From Paludibacter propionicigenes (GTDB lineage: Bacteria; Bacteroidota; Bacteroidia; Bacteroidales; JAIFNL01), in assembly GCA_020721325.1 (NCBI GenBank), contig DYNA01000004.1:1-61705 (forward strand): DNA of 61,705 nt, given 5' to 3'. Below, piece by piece: positions 48,822 to 58,013 of the stretch (the first letter of the stretch is position 1; each line of letters opens with the position of its first letter). The notes beneath the pieces were generated by a model. It had not been told where the DNA came from. It made no database searches and worked only from the letters and a program-made list of their open reading frames with translations. The position numbers and the translations under genes are program-made.

Positions 48822-49889
48822 ATGAAAAAATTAAAAGTAATCCTCGTTTTTGTAAGCATCATTTCGATTGCTTTTGTGCTTAATTTGTTGGCACAATCCG
48901 GTAATGGCGACATCTTTGAACGCATCAATCGCGTTTTGGCAGAAAAAGATTTGGCTACCATTAAAAAAGCCGATGATTTATTAAAACAAGCCGACAATAA
49001 ACTCAAAGAAGTTGAAAAAGAAGAAGAAAAATTTGAAAAATTTTTCCCTAAAAAAGCCAATAAAGGCGAACGTAAAGCAGTTGATGCTAAAATTTTGAGA
49101 ATTGAAGCCGGCGATTTGCGTGCCAAAGCGTACAGTGCCAAATTTAAAGTTTATAAATCGAAACTCGAAAGCGAAAAATTTGAATATGCTGAAGATGAAC
49201 AACTTGCGAAAGAACTTTTGGCGGAAGCCGAAAAATCCTTAAATTCAGGCAATTCTTTGTTGAAAAGCTATATGGGAATTAAAAAATCGGATTTGAAAGA
49301 CGCGCAATATGCTAAAATTCAGAAAGATATGGCTAAAGTTTTGGAAATGCAAGAGTTTGCACTCGACAAAACTGCCGAAGCCTACGAAATTTGGTTTCAA
49401 CAAAATGAGAAAAAAATGAAGGAAATGGCTGAAAATGAGGCTTGGGTGAGCGCGCAAAACAGCAATAGCATCAATGCTTATCAAGCTTATTTAAGTAAAT
49501 TTCCTTATGGCGCACATGCGGGCGAGGCTAAAACCAGAATTTCGCAACTACAAGAAGATGAGCGAATTGCTGCCGAAGAAGAAGAAAGAAAAAGATTAGC
49601 CGAATCGGAAAAAACAAAAACAAGTGGTGTTTGGTTTGAAGTACAAGTTATGGCAGTAACCAAACAAGCTAAACCTGAGGCAATTACAAAAGTTTACAAA
49701 GGTTCGGAAAATGTCAGAGAATTTCAAGACGACGGCTGGTTCAAATATTCTGTTGGTAAATTTCAAAGTTATAAAGAAGCAAAAGATTTTAAAACTTCTA
49801 CCGGTGTAAAAGGGGCTTTTGTTGTGGCTTTCCAAGATGAACAGCCTATTTCGGTTCGTGAAGCAAAAAAATTGGTTAAAAATAACTAA
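48822..49889 (+). CDS. SPOR-domain (peptidoglycan-binding) protein with a coiled-coil/TPR-like N-terminal region
   Basis: Signal/anchor MKKLKVILVFVSIISIAFVL. The C-terminal segment of about 75 aa, VWFEVQVMAV...GWFKYSVGKFQSYKEAKDF...GAFVVAF, fits the SPOR fold pattern. Confidence 0.7.
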   Translation: MKKLKVILVFVSIISIAFVLNLLAQSGNGDIFERINRVLAEKDLATIKKADDLLKQADNKLKEVEKEEEKFEKFFPKKANKGERKAVDAKILRIEAGDLRAKAYSAKFKVYKSKLESEKFEYAEDEQLAKELLAEAEKSLNSGNSLLKSYMGIKKSDLKDAQYAKIQKDMAKVLEMQEFALDKTAEAYEIWFQQNEKKMKEMAENEAWVSAQNSNSINAYQAYLSKFPYGAHAGEAKTRISQLQEDERIAAEEEERKRLAESEKTKTSGVWFEVQVMAVTKQAKPEAITKVYKGSENVREFQDDGWFKYSVGKFQSYKEAKDFKTSTGVKGAFVVAFQDEQPISVREAKKLVKNN

Positions 49890-49932
49890 TCTTTTCATTT
49901 TTTTTTCAGAATTATTAGACTAATTATACTTG

Positions 49933-49968
49933 AAAACCCGATGGTTGGTAAAACTAATCGGGTTTTTT
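49933..49968 (+). terminator. Rho-independent terminator after the SPOR gene
   Basis: aaaacccgat (49933-49942) pairs with atcgggtttt (49957-49966). The T run continues to 49968. Confidence 0.65.
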
Positions 49969-50141
49969 AATTTTAATTTTTTTTACAAAAAAAACGTTTT
50001 TATTTATTTTTTTATTGAAAACACCTTTTTATTTGCTTTTTTGTATTAATTTTGTTTAAAGGTTAGATTTATTTGAATATTTTAAAGTTTTGATTTTCAG
50101 ACAATTAGTACCCTTTGTTATTTTATTATTTTTTTTTAGAT

Positions 50142-53126
50142 ATGCTCAAATTTTTATTAAAAATAGTTGTTTTGTTGGCATTATTTTCAGCTTCCGCAAA
50201 AGTTTATTATATTGAAAATGAAGTTATTGCCGAAGAGAAGGTGAATAATAAACCGCCATTTTATTATTCAGAAAACAAATGGATCGATTCGGTTTTCAAT
50301 TCGCTTACGCTCGAAGAAAAAATTGGACAAATGTTCATAATGTCGTGCTTTTCAAAAGAAGGCAAAGAAAGTAAACAATACATCAAAAATTTAATAACCA
50401 AGTATAAAATTGGCGGTTTACTTTTTATGCAAGGAGGTCCGGTGGCGCAGGCAAAACTCACAAATTATTACCAATCGATTTCTAAAACGCCTTTGTTTAT
50501 TGCCACTGACGGCGAATGGGGCTTGGCTATGCGCTTGGATAGTATCGTAAATTTTCCGAGACAAATGCTCATGGGTGCCATCAATGACGAAAGTTTGGTT
50601 TACGAAATGGGCGCAGATGTTGGGAGACAGTGCAAACGGCTTGGAATTAATATAAATTTTGCACCGGTAGTTGATGTAAACAATAATCCCGACAATCCTG
50701 TTATAAATAGTCGCTCGTTTGGCGAAAATCCGATAAATGTAGCACGGAAAGGTACAGCATATATGCTTGGTATGCAAGACAATGGAATAATTGCTACGGC
50801 AAAACATTTTCCCGGACACGGCGACACGGATACCGATTCGCACAAAGGTTTGCCGGTTATCAATAAATCGCTCGATAGATTGAAACGTATTGAACTTTTC
50901 CCTTTTAATCAGCTAATAAACAATGGTTTAGCTGCTATTATGGTTGCACATTTACACGTTCCGGCTCTGGATAAAAATCCCAATTCGGTTTCTTCGCTTT
51001 CAAAAGCCATTGTAACCGATTTGTTGAAAAACGAAATGGCTTTTGACGGCTTAATTATTACCGATGCCATTGGTATGCAAGGAGTTACAAAACTATATGC
51101 ACCCGGCGAGTCGGACTTGCAAGCCATTCTTGCCGGAAACGACATTGTTTTGATGTCGAAAGATATTGAAAAAGCCATTTCGCTCATAAAACAGGCAATA
51201 AAAGATGGTAAAATTTCTGAAAATGAAATCAATAAGCGATGCAAAAAAATAATTAAAGCCAAATATTGGGTAGGTTTGAATCGGTTTAAACCCATTGAAA
51301 CTAAAAATTTATACAATGACTTGCAAACGCCTAAAACAGAGCTGATTAATCGCCGTTTGGTAGAACATTCTTTAACGCTTTTGGAGAATAAAAATCAGAT
51401 AATTCCGCTTAAAGAATTGGATAAGAAAAAGATAGCTGCTATTCAAATAGGCGATGGAAAACCTGATGGAAAATTTTTAGAATATTTGAAACTTTACGAT
51501 GATTTGGAAGTTTTTAGCATAGAACGCCAAGCACCGCAAGCTCAGTTTTTGGAATTAAAAAAGAAGATTGAAAAATTTGACTATATTATTATTGGAGTAA
51601 CCAATACACATTATTATCCTGAAACTTATGGAATTAGGCAGCCAACGGTAACTTTTGTAAACCAATTGGCAAAAGAAAAAAAAGTGATATTGAGCTTATT
51701 TGCAAGCCCTTACGCGCTCGAAAAATTTGAAATTAAAAATTTAGAAGCTCTTTTAATCGGTTACAATGACAATCATTTAACGCAAGAGCTTGCTGCTCAG
51801 CTTATTTACGGCGGTATAAAAGCTAAAGGGCGTTTGCCTGTTTCCATAAGTAATTATTATCCAGATGGTTACGGGATAGTGAGCAACGAGCAAATTCGCT
51901 TAAAATATTCCATTCCGTTGGAATTGAATATTGACATAGAAAACCTAAAAATGATTGATACTTTGGCACAAAATGCCATTAAGCAAGGTGCTTTTCCGGG
52001 TTGCGAAGTGCTTTTTGCAAAGAACGGAGTTGTTTTTTTCCATAAATCGTATGGATTTCACACTTACAGCAAAGAAAAACCGGTTTTGCCAGACGATATT
52101 TATGATTTAGCCTCCGTTACCAAAATAATAGCCACTTTACCTGCCATTATGAAGCTCGATGATGAAGGAAAACTGAATGTAAACTCTAAAATTGGAACTT
52201 TCATACCCGAATTAAAAGGAACAAACAAAGAAAATTTAATTCTCAAAGACATTTTGACACATTCGGCGCGGTTAAAAACATGGATTCCCTTTCACAATAA
52301 AACAATTTCGCAAGATTCAAACGCTCAATTTGTTCCAAATCCGGAATTATACAGTCCGGTAAAAAGCGATGTTTTTAGTTGGCAAGTAGCTGAAAATCTT
52401 TATATTATACCCGATTATAAGAACGAAATCTTTAACCGAATTTACAAAACCGATTTGTATTCGCGCAAACGCTACAAATACAGCGATTTAGGCTTTTATC
52501 TTTTACAAAAATTAGTCGAAACACAAACAAAAGAATCTTTAAAAGATTATGTAGTTAAAAATTTTTATGAAAAATTAGGAGCTACTACACTGGTTTATAA
52601 TCCAATAGAACATTTTTCGAGAGAAAGAATTCCACCAACTGAGTGGGACAGCACTTTTAGAAAACAGCTTGTTCAAGGTTACGTACACGATTACGGAGCT
52701 GCCATGCTCGGCGGCGTTGCCGGACATGCCGGTTTATTTTCCAATGCCAACGATTTGGCTAAAATGATGCAAATGTACGTGCAATTTGGAAAATACGGTG
52801 GAGAACAATTTATCGATTCGATAACCATAAGTCGTTATAACACAATGCCTTATAAATCTCAAAGCAATCGCCGTGCTTTAGGTTTTGATAAGCCGCTTTT
52901 AAATAAAGCCCTAAAATCGGCTAATTCGTGGTTGCCCATTGAAAGTTTCGGGCATACCGGTTTTACCGGAACCATGGTTTGGGCTGACCCAATAAATCAA
53001 ATCGTGTATGTTTTTCTTTCCAATAGAATCTATCCAAGTGTTGAAAATCAGACAATTAACACACTCGGTACACGCCGAAGCATTCAACGGGTAGCTTACG
53101 AAGCGGTGGCAAAAGCAGGTTACTAA
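50142..53126 (+). CDS. Fusion of a GH3 beta-N-acetylglucosaminidase (NagZ-like) and a serine hydrolase/beta-lactamase-family domain
   Basis: GH3 motifs KHFPGHGDTDTDSH and GLIITDA in the N-terminal half. The C-terminal half has the SxxK motif ASVTKIIA, YSDLGF and HTGFTGT (KTG-like). The start is preferred at ATG 50142 (signal peptide MLKFLLKIVVLLALFSASA). Confidence 0.85.
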   Translation: MLKFLLKIVVLLALFSASAKVYYIENEVIAEEKVNNKPPFYYSENKWIDSVFNSLTLEEKIGQMFIMSCFSKEGKESKQYIKNLITKYKIGGLLFMQGGPVAQAKLTNYYQSISKTPLFIATDGEWGLAMRLDSIVNFPRQMLMGAINDESLVYEMGADVGRQCKRLGININFAPVVDVNNNPDNPVINSRSFGENPINVARKGTAYMLGMQDNGIIATAKHFPGHGDTDTDSHKGLPVINKSLDRLKRIELFPFNQLINNGLAAIMVAHLHVPALDKNPNSVSSLSKAIVTDLLKNEMAFDGLIITDAIGMQGVTKLYAPGESDLQAILAGNDIVLMSKDIEKAISLIKQAIKDGKISENEINKRCKKIIKAKYWVGLNRFKPIETKNLYNDLQTPKTELINRRLVEHSLTLLENKNQIIPLKELDKKKIAAIQIGDGKPDGKFLEYLKLYDDLEVFSIERQAPQAQFLELKKKIEKFDYIIIGVTNTHYYPETYGIRQPTVTFVNQLAKEKKVILSLFASPYALEKFEIKNLEALLIGYNDNHLTQELAAQLIYGGIKAKGRLPVSISNYYPDGYGIVSNEQIRLKYSIPLELNIDIENLKMIDTLAQNAIKQGAFPGCEVLFAKNGVVFFHKSYGFHTYSKEKPVLPDDIYDLASVTKIIATLPAIMKLDDEGKLNVNSKIGTFIPELKGTNKENLILKDILTHSARLKTWIPFHNKTISQDSNAQFVPNPELYSPVKSDVFSWQVAENLYIIPDYKNEIFNRIYKTDLYSRKRYKYSDLGFYLLQKLVETQTKESLKDYVVKNFYEKLGATTLVYNPIEHFSRERIPPTEWDSTFRKQLVQGYVHDYGAAMLGGVAGHAGLFSNANDLAKMMQMYVQFGKYGGEQFIDSITISRYNTMPYKSQSNRRALGFDKPLLNKALKSANSWLPIESFGHTGFTGTMVWADPINQIVYVFLSNRIYPSVENQTINTLGTRRSIQRVAYEAVAKAGY

Positions 53127-53839
53127 CTCTCTAAAATAGAGTTAATTACAACCGAAGCGGCAAAAATGCCAAACACTGCCGGCATAAACGAGATTGTTCC
53201 GACCGCCGATTTCTTATTTTGCTCATTTTCAAGCAGTACCACTTTCGATTTATCAATCTCTTCAGGTGAAAAAATCACTTTAAAACCGGAATAAATGCCG
53301 TATTTGTGCAAACGCTTGCGCAGCATTCGCGCAAGCATGTCGTTGTACGATTTTGAAATATCGGCAATTTGAACTTGGCTGGGGTCAAATTTTCCACCCG
53401 CACCCATCGAACTTACCAATGGAATTTTTAGCTTTAAAGACTTGATAATCAGGTTTATTTTGGGCGACAAGGTATCAATGGCATCAATCACATAATCAAA
53501 TTTTTGCGAAAGCAGAATTTCCTCCGTGCGTTGGTCGCGCAAAAATTCGGCGTAAACTTTCAAATTCAAATCGGGATTGATGTCGAGCAAGCGACTTGCC
53601 ATAACACTCGCTTTGGGCTGTAACAGAGTGCTTTGCAAGGCTGCCAACTGTCTGTTTAAATTGCTTTCATGCACCAAATCGGCATCAATTATAGTCATAT
53701 TTCCAACTCCGGCTCGGCAAATTTGCTCGGCAGCATACGCTCCTACTCCGCCCAAACCTACTATTAAAACATTGGAATTGTGCAACTTAGCCAATTTTTC
53801 TTTGCCTACCAATAATTCTGTACGCTCTAACCAACTCAT
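53123..53839 (-). CDS. tcdA: tRNA threonylcarbamoyladenosine dehydratase (ThiF/E1-like)
   Basis: VLIVGLGGVGAYAAEQICRAGVGNMTIIDAD Rossmann motif, NRQ, and a C-terminal hydrophobic segment. Its stop overlaps the convergent GH3 gene stop by 4 nt. Confidence 0.8.
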   Translation of the reverse strand: MSWLERTELLVGKEKLAKLHNSNVLIVGLGGVGAYAAEQICRAGVGNMTIIDADLVHESNLNRQLAALQSTLLQPKASVMASRLLDINPDLNLKVYAEFLRDQRTEEILLSQKFDYVIDAIDTLSPKINLIIKSLKLKIPLVSSMGAGGKFDPSQVQIADISKSYNDMLARMLRKRLHKYGIYSGFKVIFSPEEIDKSKVVLLENEQNKKSAVGTISFMPAVFGIFAASVVINSILES

Positions 53840-53846
53840 TTATTTA

Positions 53847-54515
53847 TTATTTTTGCAAAAAAATACGATTAAAATTTTCTAAAGTCTTCATTTTCAATAT
53901 TTCTACATCTATTTGTAAAATTTTTGAAGCCTGCAAATATACATCTTCAATCGGAATTTCGGAATCGTCGGTTTCAAAAAATATTTTTTCCAACGGAATT
54001 TCTTTTATAAAATCTAAAAGTTTCGCTTTGGCAAAAAATAAATTTTTTCCAAAAGAAAAAAACGAAAAATATTTGTTTAAAGAATTGTAAATCTGCAAAT
54101 TGCCCGAAAATTGATGAAAAATAAGCGGAATGGTAATTTTTAGCCTTTTTAAAATTTCTAAAATATCGGAATGTGCTTTTACACAATGAATTATCACCGG
54201 AAAGTTGAAGCTTTGCGCCAAGTGCAATTGTTGTTCAAAAAAAAACTTTTGCAGTTGAAAATCAGAATCACATATTTTGTCTAAGCCAATTTCGCCAATT
54301 GCTATAATTCTTTTATTTTCAATAAGTTGTGAAATATTTGTTAAAACCTTTTCTAAATTTTCTTTTTCCACATTCCAAGGATGCACACCGGCAGAAAAAA
54401 ATAAATTTTGTTCTTTTTTTTCATTAAAATTTTCAGTTTCAATGCTGTTTTTTATACAAATATTTGTATTTTTGTCGGCAAAATGTGTATGAATGTTTAT
54501 AAAATTTGTCATCAA
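53847..54515 (-). CDS. TatD-family metal-dependent hydrolase
   Basis: N-terminal INIHTHF (HxH), EIGLD, IIHC and FETD motifs. Confidence 0.75.
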   Translation of the reverse strand: MMTNFINIHTHFADKNTNICIKNSIETENFNEKKEQNLFFSAGVHPWNVEKENLEKVLTNISQLIENKRIIAIGEIGLDKICDSDFQLQKFFFEQQLHLAQSFNFPVIIHCVKAHSDILEILKRLKITIPLIFHQFSGNLQIYNSLNKYFSFFSFGKNLFFAKAKLLDFIKEIPLEKIFFETDDSEIPIEDVYLQASKILQIDVEILKMKTLENFNRIFLQK

Positions 54516-54814
54516 AATTTGTCAGTCATTAATCGTGTGAATAAATTTTGCGGGAAAACTAATTTTATTTTTCCTGTATATTTTATGAAACTTTTCGCTC
54601 TTTATTCCCTTATTTCTTTTTTAGAAAATAGAGGAAAATTTTTTTTTACAAAAAAAACAGTTTAATTTAAAACTTTGGCAAAATTGCTGTTTGTTGTAAA
54701 AAAATAGTTGTATTTTAAGTTTACAAAAGTAAAAAAATATTCGTTTTTAAAAACAAATTTAATGAAATTACTTTTTTTAATTAATTGATTAATAATTATT
54801 TATTTAAACAAAAA

Positions 54815-56185
54815 ATGAATCTAAACGACTACAAAAATTTTTTTTTCGTAGGAATAGCCGGAAGCGGCATGAGTGCCATTGCACAATATTTGAGGGGAAT
54901 TGGAAAAAATGTAAAAGGTTCAGACCGAGAATATTCGCCAAAAAAACAGAATAAAAATTTAGAACAATTAATAAAGCAAGAGATATTATGTTATCCTCAA
55001 AATGCAACCGGAATCAATAGCAAAACCGAAGTTTTAGTCATTTCGACTGCCATTGAAGAAGACAATGTTGAGTACTTGAAAGCCAAAGAGTTAGGTATTC
55101 CTATCGTTTTGCGTTCCGACCTTTTGGCAGCCATTACGCGAACCCGAAAAACCATTGCCATTGCCGGTACTTCGGGCAAATCAACTACTGTTGCCATGCT
55201 TTTCCATATTTTGAATGAAAATGACTTTTCGCCTTCATTGATTACGGGTGCAGGACTTATCTCCTTGCAAATCAACGGCGAAATAGGAAATGCTTACGTG
55301 GGCAAAAGCCGATGGCTCATCATTGAAGCCGACGAATCGGACGGTTCTTTGACCAAATATACGCCCGAAATAGGCGTAGTTTTGAACATTGACAAAGACC
55401 ACAAAACCATAGAGGAATTAACCGAAATTTTTACAATTTTTAAAAACAATACGCGCGAAAAATTTATTGTAAACAATTCAAATACAAGGAGTAAGAGTTT
55501 AAATCCGCAAGGAGATTTTAATTTTGGCATCGACCACGATAGTAAATTTTCCGGTAAAAATTTTCGGCAAAACGATTTTGAAATTTGTTTTGAAATAGAC
55601 GATGTGGAATTTTCAATTCCTACCAAAGGTCAGTACAATATGTACAATGCTTTGGCTGCCATAAGTGTTGCAAACTATTTGGGAACAAGCTTGTTAGATG
55701 CAGCCGAAGCCTTGCGCACATACAGCGGCATTCACAGGCGAAATCAATTAATCGGCGTAAAAAATGGTGTGCAAGTGATTGATGATTTTGCGCACAATCC
55801 GGTAAAAATAGCTTCGTCAATTAAGGCAAATCAGCCGGAAAAAGGCAGGTTATTTGCTTGGTTTCAGCCACATGGCTTCGCTCCCACTCGCTTTTTGCGA
55901 AATGATTTTGTAGCCGAAATTTCAAAAGCCTTACGCCCTGAAGATGAGATAATTATGTCGGAAATTTATTATGCCGGCGGTACAACTACCAAAGATATTT
56001 CAGCGGCAGATTTAATTAACGACCTGAAAAATAATGGTATAAATGCTCACTTTTTAGCCAATCGAAACGAATTACCGGTTTATTTATCGGCTAAAGCGAA
56101 GGCAAACGATATTATTTTGCTTTCGGGTGCGCGCGACCCGAGTTTGGAGGATTTTGCAAAAACGGTTTTGAAAGAATTGAGGTGA
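54815..56185 (+). CDS. Mur ligase family protein, MurC/Mpl-like
   Basis: FFVGIAGSGMSAIAQYL, AIAGTSGKSTT, EADESDGS and DDFAHNP. ATG 54815 is preferred over TTG 54785. It is not located in a visible dcw cluster. Confidence 0.7.
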   Translation: MNLNDYKNFFFVGIAGSGMSAIAQYLRGIGKNVKGSDREYSPKKQNKNLEQLIKQEILCYPQNATGINSKTEVLVISTAIEEDNVEYLKAKELGIPIVLRSDLLAAITRTRKTIAIAGTSGKSTTVAMLFHILNENDFSPSLITGAGLISLQINGEIGNAYVGKSRWLIIEADESDGSLTKYTPEIGVVLNIDKDHKTIEELTEIFTIFKNNTREKFIVNNSNTRSKSLNPQGDFNFGIDHDSKFSGKNFRQNDFEICFEIDDVEFSIPTKGQYNMYNALAAISVANYLGTSLLDAAEALRTYSGIHRRNQLIGVKNGVQVIDDFAHNPVKIASSIKANQPEKGRLFAWFQPHGFAPTRFLRNDFVAEISKALRPEDEIIMSEIYYAGGTTTKDISAADLINDLKNNGINAHFLANRNELPVYLSAKAKANDIILLSGARDPSLEDFAKTVLKELR

Positions 56186-56290
56186 AAAATAAAATTTTAA
56201 TCGGAAAAACAACTTTTTTAGACAGAAAAATTAAATTTTTTATTTAATCACAAAAAAATATATTTTTAATCACAAAAACAATAAAATAAT

Positions 56291-57589
56291 ATGATAACTA
56301 TGTACAACAAAATAATTTCTGGAGATGCAAAAATAGCCGTAATTGGCTTAGGTTATGTTGGATTGCCGATAGCTTTGGAATTTGCAAAAAAAGTTCCGGT
56401 TATTGGTTTCGATATTAAGCCCGACAGAATCGAGTTGATGAAGAAACACATTGACCCAAGCAAAGAGCTTGAAAGTAAGGACTTTGAAGGTGCAAACATT
56501 GAATTTACTTACGAATTGGACGATTTGCGAAAAGCCAATTTTTACATTGTAGCCGTTCCTACGCCCATAGATGAGTTCAAACAGCCCGATTTAAAACCTT
56601 TGCTAAGTGCCACTGACACAGTGAGTAAGGTTTTGAAAGAAGGCGATTATGTGGTTTTTGAATCGACCGTTTATCCGGGTTGTACCGAAGAGGATTGCGT
56701 GCCGATTTTGGAACGAAATTCGGGATTAAAATTTGTAGATGATTTTAAAGTCGGTTTTTCGCCTGAGCGAATCAATCCGGGTGATAAAACCCACACACTC
56801 ACTAAGATAACCAAAGTAGTTTCGGGCTGCGACGCCGAATCGTTGCAGAGCATTGCCCAAACTTACGAGTTGATTATAACCGCCGGAATACACAGAGCCT
56901 CAAGCATTAAGGTAGCCGAAGCTGCAAAAATAATCGAAAACACGCAGCGCGACATCAACATAGCTTTTATGAACGAGCTTTCGATGATTTTTGATAAAAT
57001 GAAAATTAATACCTACGAAGTTTTGGAAGCCGCCAGAACCAAGTGGAATTTCCTCAATTTCTTTCCGGGTTTGGTCGGCGGGCATTGCATAGGCGTTGAC
57101 CCTTATTATTTGTCGTACAAAGCCAAAGAATACGGCTTTCATGCTCAAATTATCAATGCCGGACGCTCCATAAACGACAATATGGCTCCTTATATTTCGA
57201 GCCAAATTGTTAAAAAATTGTTGGCTGAAAAGAAAAATTTGAATGAAACCAAAGCCTTAGTGCTTGGCATTACGTTTAAAGAAAATGTGAGCGATATTCG
57301 CAATTCAAAGGTTGCCGATTTGATTTCCGAGTTGCAATCTTATACCATTCAAGTTGATGTAACCGATGCTTACGCCGAACCCAATGATGTACTCCACGAA
57401 TATGCAATTAGCTTAATATCAGAACCTAAGCAAAAATATGATGTAATCATTTTGGCGGTAAGCCACCAACAATATTTGGATTTGGACGAAACTTATTTTT
57501 TAAATTTTGCCAACGAAAACGCTCTTTTTGTTGATATCAAAGGTGTTTTTAAAAATAAGATAAAAACTTTAAAATATTGGAGTTTGTAA
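56291..57589 (+). CDS. UDP-sugar / nucleotide-sugar 6-dehydrogenase (TviB/WbpO/CapL-like)
   Basis: N-terminal KIAVIGLGYVGLP Rossmann motif, catalytic Cys context GLVGGHCIGVDPYY, and a C-terminal UDP-binding domain. Confidence 0.85.
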   Translation: MITMYNKIISGDAKIAVIGLGYVGLPIALEFAKKVPVIGFDIKPDRIELMKKHIDPSKELESKDFEGANIEFTYELDDLRKANFYIVAVPTPIDEFKQPDLKPLLSATDTVSKVLKEGDYVVFESTVYPGCTEEDCVPILERNSGLKFVDDFKVGFSPERINPGDKTHTLTKITKVVSGCDAESLQSIAQTYELIITAGIHRASSIKVAEAAKIIENTQRDINIAFMNELSMIFDKMKINTYEVLEAARTKWNFLNFFPGLVGGHCIGVDPYYLSYKAKEYGFHAQIINAGRSINDNMAPYISSQIVKKLLAEKKNLNETKALVLGITFKENVSDIRNSKVADLISELQSYTIQVDVTDAYAEPNDVLHEYAISLISEPKQKYDVIILAVSHQQYLDLDETYFLNFANENALFVDIKGVFKNKIKTLKYWSL

Positions 57590-57608
57590 ATAGATTGCAA
57601 ACGGTAAC

Positions 57609-57636
57609 TTTGCCAAAGTTTTTTTACTTTGGCAAA
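57609..57636 (+). terminator. Terminator hairpin after the dehydrogenase gene
   Basis: tttgccaaagt (57609-57619), 6-nt T loop, actttggcaaa (57626-57636). 11-bp perfect stem followed by attttg. Confidence 0.6.
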
Positions 57637-57723
57637 ATTTTGATTACAAAGTACTTACATAAAAATAAAAGCTCCAATTTTATCCCTTTAAAATACAATA
57701 TAAAATCGTTCAATTATAAAAAC

Positions 57724-57813
57724 ATGAAAACTTTTATAGCCACAATTTTAGTGATTGTTGTGTTTTACGTGCTAAGTAAAATAGGCGATTGGCTTGATAA
57801 AGTAATCAAGTAA
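57724..57813 (+). CDS. Possible 29-aa single-TM small protein
   Basis: The ATG at 57724 gives MKTFIATILVIVVFYVLSKIGDWLDKVIK, which has a hydrophobic core and an amphipathic tail. It is only the 3' part of track ORF 57577..57813. There is no homology evidence. Confidence 0.25.
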   Translation: MKTFIATILVIVVFYVLSKIGDWLDKVIK

Positions 57814-57901
57814 TAATTGAAAAGGATTGAAAATAAAATGGAAAATCTTTACTCGAAAAAAATACAAACAACATTATACTGCAAACGCTTTATTATTTAA
57901 T

Positions 57902-57929
57902 TTTTCCAAAGTCCTAAAACTTTGGAAAA
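57902..57929. terminator. Hairpin between the small ORF and the convergent sensor-phosphatase gene
   Basis: ttttccaaagt (57902-57912), loop cctaaa, actttggaaaa (57919-57929). It shares the core CCAAAGT/ACTTTGG with the hairpin at 57609-57636. Confidence 0.5.
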
Positions 57930-58013
57930 GTTGTAGTTACGTAGTAATAAATATTAAAATTTATCCCGTTTTTAGTATAGTTATTAACAATTAAAAATTA
58001 ATTAAGTATTTTT

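Noticed and set aside
53123-53126. 4-nt overlap of the convergent stop codons of the GH3-fusion gene and tcdA as a regulatory feature
   Set aside because: This is a real sequence observation, but it is fully explained by compact convergent gene ends. I see no hairpin or other structure that suggests a dedicated function.
57577-57723. N-terminal two-thirds of track ORF 57577..57813
   Set aside because: It begins at an alternative start inside the dehydrogenase 3' end and reads through the terminator hairpin at 57609-57636. Only the distal ATG-initiated 29-codon segment is even plausibly coding.
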